IMG/VR virus record: IMGVR_UViG_3300033183_000145
Span: 1,028-65,027 of that record
DNA length: 64,000 nt
Reading direction: 5' to 3' (one strand)
Origin: a virus
Lineage: Duplodnaviria; Caudoviricetes
Positions 56,145 through 64,000 of the stretch are shown piece after piece. Position 1 is the first letter of the stretch. Every line of letters begins with the position of its first letter. The notes beneath the pieces were generated by a model. The model did no database searches and had not been told where the DNA came from. It was given only the letters and a program-made list of their open reading frames with translations. The position numbers and the translations under genes are program-made.

Positions 56145-59100
56145 ATCTCTTGTTGAACTCCATGATTATCTTTCTTTCCTTCTCTCTGAGCTCCTGTATT
56201 CTCGCTATGCGTTGAGCATACGGGAGCTTGTTTGCTTCTCTTTTAGCAGCTCTTAGCTGACGGAGCATCTTGTCTACCTTATTCAGGTAGTTATCCATTC
56301 CTCTAGTAATGCCTCTGTGTCTTTCTGGATCGTATTCTCCAGATGCCTTTATTTCCTTTACGTAAGACTTGAGCTCTTGCTTGTTCTCGTTAAACAACTC
56401 AAAGTCATAGTACTTAGATGGCTCTCCGTAAAGTATACGCGCAAGAGGTATCTCATTTGCCTCAATCTTTATGTCTTCTCCAGAAGAGAACTTAGAGACT
56501 ATCTTCTTTGGAACTGCAACAGATCTGTTTACAAACTGACCAGCTGATCCGATATAGTACTCGAACATGTACCAAAGCTTATCTGGATTAAAATCAAGTC
56601 CTCCAGATTTGTACTCACTTCCACCAGTGGCTTCATTCATCCACTTGAAGAAGTCCTTCACGGCCTCAGGGGATCTGAAAGAAAGCTCTGACTCTGGGCG
56701 CTGAACTCCGAACGGGAGATTCTCTCCTGTTACTGGAGCTCCAAAGTAAGTTTCATTCACCATGACCTCAACCCAAGGCTTGAGTACCGTTGGAACTGCT
56801 CCCTTACCGACGCTCGTCATAAGGTCTTTAGACTGACCAAACGATACTGGAGAGAACGAGGCCATAAATGAGTTAAACAAGAACATCATCGCCTCATCAG
56901 CCTCCTTGCCTCCGTGAGCAGACTCTACCATAGCTGTACCCATGTTTGCAAACACGTTAAATCCATACGGCATAGGAATCTTAAAGTAGTCCTTTCCGTT
57001 GGGGCGCATAATGATAAGGTTTCTTTCCTTCACGTAATCTGGAATCTTGTCCCAGTATGGAGTTCCGTCTTCATCGTCGTCAGACATAGCGTAGCCAAGC
57101 TGCGCGAGCATAGCGCTAAACGTCGTCAATCCAGCAGCCATCCATTGTGCTGCGTTGACTCTTTCAACTCCCTTTCTTCTTGTGCCGTCTACCCTTGTTT
57201 CGGGTTTAAGCGTAAGCAACGACCTTCCAAGTCTTGCTGTACCCTGTATAGATGCGTTGAAGAACAAGTAAACAGCATTTAGGGCTGGACCCCATTCGCC
57301 CTGCTTATTGAAGTTAACAGTGATGTTCTTTGCAAGCTGAGCTGCCTTTTCTCTGCTGACTCCATTCTCCCTTGCAGCTATGTATGCAGCAAGCCTGATG
57401 CTATTCTCAAAGGCGTCGTTAACGCCCTCGATTGTTTCTGCAAAGTTCTTAGCCTTGCCGAGTATCTCTTGAGTTCTTGTCGTATCACTAGCAGCATTTT
57501 CAAGGTCGCTAGCTATTTGGTCTAGAGATCTTGCGTATGCCCAACCTGTCTTACCTCCGTCTTCTTTAAATTCTTGGAAATACTTCTCAATAGCTGGGTC
57601 TCCGCCTCTCTGAACAGAGTTCTTGACGAGCGTTTTAAGCGTTTGAGGAACAAGCTTCATCATCCTCTTGATGGTGCCCTTGCTGTTCAGCATTCCACCC
57701 TCTATATCGGCCTCTGCTGCTGCGTTAAATATAGCAGACTGAATATCTCTAGAGAAGTTGGATATCATAAACTCTGGGTTCAGAGTCGTGAATGACCTTC
57801 TCAGCCATTGTGCTGGAACTCTGAGCGCTCTTATGAATGCGTTGGTCTGTGGGAGGTTCATTCCCTTCAGGCTTTCAGCATAGCTTGGGTCCTTAAAGAA
57901 TATGAACTTCTGCTCTCCATTGATTCTTACTGCGACAACTCTCGCGTCGTTGGGGTTCTGAACCTGACTCGCATCAAGTACTCTCCAAACCTTAGGATTA
58001 GGAGTATCCTTAATCAGGTTGTATAGAGTCGTGAGGGCTTCGTTGGTTCTGGCCTTTATGTGGATTCCTGCATTTTGAGCAACAATCTGAGCGAGAATGT
58101 TTTCAGCTTGACTCTTTCTACCTTGTGCTCTCTTGGTCGTAGATCCAAATACGTTCATGCCAGCCCCTCCAGTGGGATATGGAGATCCAAGATCTTCGTC
58201 TACAGCTACTCCAGCCAAAGGAACATAGTTGCTAAACATAGACTCAAAGGCATCAACAGTATCCTTGGTCTCAAGACCATACTTAACCATTGTGTCCCTT
58301 GTGTCTTGCTGTATCTCTCTGACCTTAGCAACGATTGGGTCCAGCTGAGCCTTGTTTGCGGAGTTGATGATTGCATCAGCCTCAGCGTTGGACATGCCAC
58401 TACCATCCTTTATCGCTCCATTCGTTCTTTGCTCAATGATGGCATTGCGTTCCTTGGCGTGCAGGGCGTACAGGTACTGAGACAATGCAGTAACATCTAT
58501 GCCAGAGTCCTTCATCATCTTGGTGATCTCCTCGACCTTCTTGTCGAGTTTAGCGAGATCTTCTGCGGCCTTGCCGTACATGAGCTCTTCAGCCATTTTG
58601 AAGTCCTTGTCTTTCGACAGCGGACCAAACTGCTTCTCTATAGACTGTTGCAGATTAAATATGTCTACATACTTGTCCTGAAGCCTTCTTATCCAAAGGT
58701 TTTTCCACCTCTGGAATCCAGTGTGGTTAGGGGCGTCCCAGGCTTTGTGCTTTCTCTTGCCAGCCGATCGCCTAATCGTGTCTTCTCCATCTGAGTGTGT
58801 AACCGTCTCCTCTCCTACGACTTGACCAGTAACACCCTTGGCCGCATAGAATGATTCCTGAGCCTCAAGGTAATCTTCGTATCTGTCGAATTTGTTTGCT
58901 TCGTCTGAAGCTTCAAATTCTTCCTTGGACATGAACTTAGCGAAGAATCTTTTTTCACCTTTGTCGTACCCCTTCGCCTCTGGGTATGCGTCTGCTATAC
59001 CCATCTGCTCTCTCAGGAAGCCCATCTGCTCCACTCTGGAGTCGTACTCTTCCTGAGTTTCACCGTCAAGCTTTGTTATAGCAAGCCCGTAAGAGAATGC

Positions 59101-62100
59101 GCCGTTACCCTTGAGTCCAACTACATCAAGACCAGTTACAAGTCGCTTCTTGTTATCAAGAGACATTCTCTTAAGCTGATTCTTAGATATGTCTCCTTCA
59201 ATCTTGTATGGGACCTTTATCGCAGCCACTATCGTTCCACCTTCTACCTTCCCAAATTGCTTTTCTATGTAGTTATCTTTAAGGAATTGGTCTGCATTTT
59301 GGTTGAGGTTCTTTGCTATTATTCTTCTGGCAAAGTTGTTTCTATTCTCAAAGTTCTGGTCAAAGTTCTTTGGGTTCGTGTCCATGAGTATATCGACCAG
59401 CGCTTGCGCCTCTTGCATCGTCTCCACCTCGAAAGCCTCGGCCCTTTGGTAAGCGTTGTATATTCTTCTGGCGTCAGCTGGTTCCAGCGCATCCATAAGG
59501 TCCTTTATGTTTCTTCTCTTGCCCTTGCCCTTGGCGTCAATCATTTCGTTCAGAGCGTCTCTGACCTGCTCGAAGTTTTGATCTGTGACTTGTATTCTTC
59601 TGCCCTTTTCAAATCCGAGAGCCCTTCTCACCACGTCTTGGAATATAGCTGGGTTTCCAGCCATAGAAGCCAAATCAAGGACAGAGAAAGTAAACAATAC
59701 ATATCCCTTTGGGTTCTTGCTCTCTGCATCAAGTATTGCCCCTCTTCTGAACTTTCCAGAAACTATGTTAGCCATAGCCTTGTTTCTGTGGCTTGAGGCA
59801 ATTATCTCCCTAATTCCGTCATTATCAATTCTTTGCGTAAGCTGCATCACGATGCCAGTGCCGATCTGTTCCCCAGATCTGTCGTAACCAAAGTTGATTC
59901 CGCGAGCGCCAGCAAATCCCTTGAGGCTATCAATAATTTTCGCGCCTCTGTTCTGAGCCTTTTTCAAGAGCCCGTCTTCTGCCTGAACAGTACGAGCCTT
60001 CTTTCTCTTACCTGCGCTGTATCTAATGCTTCCGTCGTTAGTAGCGTCCCCATCCTTGGCCATGTGGTGCGGCGTAAGCCCAGACATACCATAGATTTCA
60101 GAGGGCTTCATCTGCTCTATCTCACCTGGGGTGAGGCCAGACTCTTTAAGTGCCTCGAAGTTTTTCTTGGCGACCTCAAGAAACTCTCTTTGGTGCTCAA
60201 CAGGCTTAAGGCCGAAATCAATCATGGCTCTACCAACAGCCATTGATCTCTCGTCTTCGCTCATATTTTGCATAGCGTCGACGTCCATAACTCCTGGCAT
60301 GAAGAACTCCGCTCTTGCTCCAGGTACACCAGCCCGAACCATCTCTGCTCTTACGAACCCAGAAAAATCAATGATTTCGCTGCGAATCTTTCTTTTCTCC
60401 TCTGCAGCTAACGCTCTTTTCTTTTGAGCCCTATCCGCTGCAGCAAGTCTTCCATGAAGCGCACCCTCCATGCGTATTACGTTCCCGTCTCTATCCGTCT
60501 TTGGCTTTGGTGGCTTGATCGTGTACCTCTTGCCATCCTTGATAAAGTACATCTGGGTAATCCTTGCTGGTCTACGACCGTTGGCAGTCATATGGTTAAA
60601 CCAGTTTCTGAAATGGAAGTAGTCGTTAACCTTAATCTTCTTTTGAACTGTCCTTTCAAATGTTGGCTTGGCCTCGCCTATCTCGACGTATGCGTCCTCC
60701 GTGTAAAACACCTCGGTATCCTTGAGATAATTGAACTCGGTTTTTCTTTTCCCGTACGCAAAACGAACCTCACCTAGGTCACCCATCTCGTCCTCAAACC
60801 TCTGCTGCTCTGTCTCTTCATCTCCGAGCATTTCTGTTGCCATTTGCTCAAGACGTGCTTCGTACTCAGCTTGAGACTCAGTCTCTCTCTTTTGCATGGA
60901 CGGCCCCTCTGTTGTGACGCCCTGCTCTCCTCTAGTTGCTCTAGCGAAGTTCTGTGCGAACTTGATGAGCTCTTCTCTGTTCTTAATCTGCGGGTCTCTT
61001 TGATCGCCTGGCTGACGACCAAGGAATCGGTCAAGAGCGTCGTTGATAGCGTTCTTAAGTCTGACAAAAAATCTTTCGTCGTTAGCCTCGAAGAGGGATT
61101 GATTCTCTGCATATGAAAGCAGAACCTCAACAATAGACTCCTCCTCTACAGCCGCCTGACCTTGCTCCTGATATACAGGGTTGTTTTTTATTTCTTCAAG
61201 TATGTTTCTGACGGCTTCATTCTTTTCAGCCATCTCGACAAGAACGCCGTAGATCTGCTTTCTTGCAAAAGCATCATTCCCTATGACGTGTCTCAGAGCA
61301 GCGTGTGCAAACTCTTCCTGTACCTCTCTTGCGTTGACGTCTGGTGGGAAGTGAATAACCTTTCCGCCGTGGTCAACGTGACCAAAACCGCCCTTCAGTC
61401 CTCCACTAGCCTCGTATGAGGCTCTTGTCTTATGGGCTCTAACCTTATAGCCAGCTTTGCCCAAGGCGTCACCGTATGCAGAGTTGAGGCGGTTAGCCTG
61501 AATAGCCGCAGCCACAGACATGCGTCCAGACTCACCGACTTGAGTTTCATCTGTAATGTCAATCAGATCGCCCTTGCCAAGTTCGAGGTCAGCAAAGTCA
61601 CTATCATCAGTTGTCGGTTCGGCCCTCTGTTCAGCCTTAGGCGCGTCGGCCTTTGCCTCAGACTTCTCCCCAGAAACCTTATCTCTAAAGTCTTGTTCTT
61701 CAACAATCTTCCCTGCAACCTTGGCAGACCTCTCATCAATAGGCCTTCCCTCTTGGGTCTCGTCAAATAGCGACAGCTGCTCGGCCTCTTGTGCTTGGCC
61801 TTCTGGTGCTGGCTCTGACGACTGCTCTGAGAGCTTTATGTTGTTTCTCTCAAGCATCTTAATAGACTCAGACTTCATCTCAGTCTCGTTTCCTTCGGCG
61901 TCAGTAGTAGCTACTGGGGCATCGTTCTCCGCCACGTCAGGACCCTCTGAAGCACCCTCAATAGCTACCTTGGCTCTGTAGAGGTTTTCGTACCTCTTCT
62001 TAAGCTGCTCTTTCTCTTCCTTCGTTGTGTTGGGGTCCATGAGCTTGGCCTCCGTGTAAGCCATGTCTCTGTGGATCTTCAGAAGTCTTCTTCTTTGTCC

Positions 62101-64000
62101 TTCGCTCATGTTGTCGAAGGCCTTCATTGAGCTATCGTCGATAGCCATAAGCTCTGCAGAGATTTGAACCTGCATAGCTTCAAGTCTCTTTCTGTTGTCT
62201 GGGTCTCTTTCTATTGAGAGATCATTTTCGATCTCTTCCATCTGCTTTGCGAGCTGACGTCTTCTCTTTATGAAGCTGTTGTGGGCTTGGAATGATGCGT
62301 AACCAGACATCGCGCTTCCTGGGGCTGCACCAATGAGTCCAGCTATACCAGCATCAAGCATGTTGTACCAGTTCAGCTCACCTGGCTCCCTACCCATAAG
62401 CATGTCATCCAAGATTGGCAGGGCCTGTTGAATCAACTCCACACCAAATTCTTCAGCAAACTCACCGAAAGCATTTTTTGATCCATAGGCCATAGACTTT
62501 GCAAGGGACCTTCTCTTCGTCATCTGAGCAAGTCTTTCCGCAGACTCTTTCTTGAGTTTATCTATGGCCTGCCTGTACACTCTAGTCTTTCCGCCAGCAA
62601 TAGCCCTATCAAAACCAGAAAAAATTCTTCCTAGATAAACCTCGGCTGCGCCGACCAGTGTAGACATTGTAGCCTTTTCTGCCCAGGATTTTGATGGATC
62701 CGTGACTTGCTCGCTATTCCAGAAGTTTCCGTATCCACTAACACCAAGAGTTCCAATCATTCTAGCGCTTTCAGCTCTTGTCGTAGCTTTTACAAGCTGA
62801 TCTGCTCTTCGAGCCGCAGAAGCAGCACCCTTGGTGAGCAGTCCTTCTCCAGCTGGAATTCCTTTCTGTATAGCTTTAGCCCTCCGAAGCCTGTCGGCTG
62901 GACCACCAATAATCTTACCCCACCCCCGCATTTGCCCAATGAAGCCAGACGTATAAAAAGACATGCTTTCAAAGAAGTCCGTTGCAGAGATATCATCGTT
63001 TAGATATTTCTCCCAAGAACCCATAAACCCGTTTTCGAGATCCTCTAGTGGCATTCTAGCTGCCTCTGCATATGCTACAGCCTTAGCCCTTGCGTCAAGC
63101 ATTTTAGCTGTTTCAGCGTAACCCGACAACTTCAGTGAAGCATCATCCATTCCGATTAGGTCTAGCCCAGAGCTAACAGCACCTGCGAATCCGCTCACTA
63201 TGCCTACTCCAGTTCCAGCATATTGTTCCGCAAAAAAGTTTGCTGCGCTTCTCCATGCCCACCCAAGAGCTGGGACATCTGCCAATCTGTATTCCTCTCC
63301 TCCTATAATTACGTCCCCAGAGTACAGGGACTTGTACATATCCGCAGAAGCACTCTCTCTAACCGCCTTGTCTACTTCTTGCTGATAGCGATAAAGAGGC
63401 GAGTTCTTCATCATAGCAAGGTTTCTGTCCATGGACTCGTCAAGCAAGTACATAAAATCTACATCAGACTCAGGGTTAAACGAAGAAGGGAGCCCAAAGG
63501 CTTCGTTCAGCCTGTTTCTTTCTTCTATAAGCTCTCTTTTGTCCTTTTGGATCTGCTTCGAGACTATGTTGTTGACGTACTCAACGTCCCGCTGGTCAAT
63601 TTCATCACCGAGGTCTGGGATGTCGTAACCCTTGCTATTGAGCAGGTCTATAGTAGCTCTTGCTGATTCGTAATCACCTCTAGCTACAGCGGCCCTAAGC
63701 CTCTCATTTGCTTTAGTGGCTTCAAAAACATCAAAAGACCTTGCGTCGTTTTGATTTGACTGGAAGAGATTGTCTACGAGTTCGTAGTTGCCAGCGTCAA
63801 GCGCAGCAATCATTTGGTCTGGCATCGCCGTTGGCGACACCGCGTCCTCTGGATCGTAATACTCAATAGCTGGTTTTGCCTTGTCTTCGTATGCACCAGC
63901 GCCACCAAAAATACGATCTGCGTTTTCTGGGATGGCTACACTTACGGGTTGTCCATACTCATCCTCTGTAAACATGGATTGTCCATCCCCACGCTCGAAA
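56125..64000 (-). CDS. Giant internal virion / large polyvalent protein with C-terminal LPD38-like domain, partial at the 5' end
   Basis: >2616 aa; the frame stays open from 63975 to the window edge. NPEF...NF.RD, EN..RLA.Y, AKNITVNFN..G, YLFFNASIQG, IPDYVKERN, KIPMPYGF motifs. Confidence 0.8.
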   Translation of the reverse strand, partial: FERGDGQSMFTEDEYGQPVSVAIPENADRIFGGAGAYEDKAKPAIEYYDPEDAVSPTAMPDQMIAALDAGNYELVDNLFQSNQNDARSFDVFEATKANERLRAAVARGDYESARATIDLLNSKGYDIPDLGDEIDQRDVEYVNNIVSKQIQKDKRELIEERNRLNEAFGLPSSFNPESDVDFMYLLDESMDRNLAMMKNSPLYRYQQEVDKAVRESASADMYKSLYSGDVIIGGEEYRLADVPALGWAWRSAANFFAEQYAGTGVGIVSGFAGAVSSGLDLIGMDDASLKLSGYAETAKMLDARAKAVAYAEAARMPLEDLENGFMGSWEKYLNDDISATDFFESMSFYTSGFIGQMRGWGKIIGGPADRLRRAKAIQKGIPAGEGLLTKGAASAARRADQLVKATTRAESARMIGTLGVSGYGNFWNSEQVTDPSKSWAEKATMSTLVGAAEVYLGRIFSGFDRAIAGGKTRVYRQAIDKLKKESAERLAQMTKRRSLAKSMAYGSKNAFGEFAEEFGVELIQQALPILDDMLMGREPGELNWYNMLDAGIAGLIGAAPGSAMSGYASFQAHNSFIKRRRQLAKQMEEIENDLSIERDPDNRKRLEAMQVQISAELMAIDDSSMKAFDNMSEGQRRRLLKIHRDMAYTEAKLMDPNTTKEEKEQLKKRYENLYRAKVAIEGASEGPDVAENDAPVATTDAEGNETEMKSESIKMLERNNIKLSEQSSEPAPEGQAQEAEQLSLFDETQEGRPIDERSAKVAGKIVEEQDFRDKVSGEKSEAKADAPKAEQRAEPTTDDSDFADLELGKGDLIDITDETQVGESGRMSVAAAIQANRLNSAYGDALGKAGYKVRAHKTRASYEASGGLKGGFGHVDHGGKVIHFPPDVNAREVQEEFAHAALRHVIGNDAFARKQIYGVLVEMAEKNEAVRNILEEIKNNPVYQEQGQAAVEEESIVEVLLSYAENQSLFEANDERFFVRLKNAINDALDRFLGRQPGDQRDPQIKNREELIKFAQNFARATRGEQGVTTEGPSMQKRETESQAEYEARLEQMATEMLGDEETEQQRFEDEMGDLGEVRFAYGKRKTEFNYLKDTEVFYTEDAYVEIGEAKPTFERTVQKKIKVNDYFHFRNWFNHMTANGRRPARITQMYFIKDGKRYTIKPPKPKTDRDGNVIRMEGALHGRLAAADRAQKKRALAAEEKRKIRSEIIDFSGFVRAEMVRAGVPGARAEFFMPGVMDVDAMQNMSEDERSMAVGRAMIDFGLKPVEHQREFLEVAKKNFEALKESGLTPGEIEQMKPSEIYGMSGLTPHHMAKDGDATNDGSIRYSAGKRKKARTVQAEDGLLKKAQNRGAKIIDSLKGFAGARGINFGYDRSGEQIGTGIVMQLTQRIDNDGIREIIASSHRNKAMANIVSGKFRRGAILDAESKNPKGYVLFTFSVLDLASMAGNPAIFQDVVRRALGFEKGRRIQVTDQNFEQVRDALNEMIDAKGKGKRRNIKDLMDALEPADARRIYNAYQRAEAFEVETMQEAQALVDILMDTNPKNFDQNFENRNNFARRIIAKNLNQNADQFLKDNYIEKQFGKVEGGTIVAAIKVPYKIEGDISKNQLKRMSLDNKKRLVTGLDVVGLKGNGAFSYGLAITKLDGETQEEYDSRVEQMGFLREQMGIADAYPEAKGYDKGEKRFFAKFMSKEEFEASDEANKFDRYEDYLEAQESFYAAKGVTGQVVGEETVTHSDGEDTIRRSAGKRKHKAWDAPNHTGFQRWKNLWIRRLQDKYVDIFNLQQSIEKQFGPLSKDKDFKMAEELMYGKAAEDLAKLDKKVEEITKMMKDSGIDVTALSQYLYALHAKERNAIIEQRTNGAIKDGSGMSNAEADAIINSANKAQLDPIVAKVREIQQDTRDTMVKYGLETKDTVDAFESMFSNYVPLAGVAVDEDLGSPYPTGGAGMNVFGSTTKRAQGRKSQAENILAQIVAQNAGIHIKARTNEALTTLYNLIKDTPNPKVWRVLDASQVQNPNDARVVAVRINGEQKFIFFKDPSYAESLKGMNLPQTNAFIRALRVPAQWLRRSFTTLNPEFMISNFSRDIQSAIFNAAAEADIEGGMLNSKGTIKRMMKLVPQTLKTLVKNSVQRGGDPAIEKYFQEFKEDGGKTGWAYARSLDQIASDLENAASDTTRTQEILGKAKNFAETIEGVNDAFENSIRLAAYIAARENGVSREKAAQLAKNITVNFNKQGEWGPALNAVYLFFNASIQGTARLGRSLLTLKPETRVDGTRRKGVERVNAAQWMAAGLTTFSAMLAQLGYAMSDDDEDGTPYWDKIPDYVKERNLIIMRPNGKDYFKIPMPYGFNVFANMGTAMVESAHGGKEADEAMMFLFNSFMASFSPVSFGQSKDLMTSVGKGAVPTVLKPWVEVMVNETYFGAPVTGENLPFGVQRPESELSFRSPEAVKDFFKWMNEATGGSEYKSGGLDFNPDKLWYMFEYYIGSAGQFVNRSVAVPKKIVSKFSSGEDIKIEANEIPLARILYGEPSKYYDFELFNENKQELKSYVKEIKASGEYDPERHRGITRGMDNYLNKVDKMLRQLRAAKREANKLPYAQRIARIQELREKERKIIMEFNKRYEQARK

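Noticed and set aside
137-63666. Many short antisense or overlapping ORFs in the six-frame track
   Set aside because: They are shadows of long genes on the opposite strand or in another frame, with no motif support.
1-64000. Stop-codon reassignment as in some crAss-like phages
   Set aside because: Genes are intact and densely packed under the standard code, TAG and TGA end real genes, and no suppressor tRNA was seen.
1-64000. Prophage, DGR or retron
   Set aside because: No integrase, repressor/att context, host genes or reverse transcriptase were recognised.

Overview
The window is almost the whole genome of a lytic tailed dsDNA phage of a (probably marine) Bacteroidota/Flavobacteriales host. 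It appears circularly permuted, with both window ends falling inside minus-strand internal-virion-protein ORFs. The minus arm (1-35982 and 55061-64000) carries the virion module: terminase, ~820-aa portal, scaffold, major capsid protein, two ring/adaptor proteins, a 1765-aa stabilization protein, tail fibres, an M15 endolysin, a holin, a giant LPD38-type protein, tRNA-Arg(UCU) and tRNA-Ile(UAU). Many of these genes sit right behind Bacteroidota TAnnTTTG promoters. The plus arm (36457-55060) carries small early genes, recombination/replication genes (SSAP, exonuclease, primase-helicase, resolvase, class II RNR) and two type IX secretion cargo proteins. No DNA polymerase, RNA polymerase or integrase was recognised. 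The most unusual part is the early region (36.0-40.6 kb). About every 1 kb there is a long, covarying hairpin (three copies with the identical tip ctGAacGTAgtGAag) followed by TCAAACTTCAA and a start codon. At one further junction a complete type I hammerhead ribozyme stands in place of the hairpin. A tRNA-like element and an inverted copy of the motif lie beside the last unit. All protein calls come from motif recognition by eye, with no database searches.
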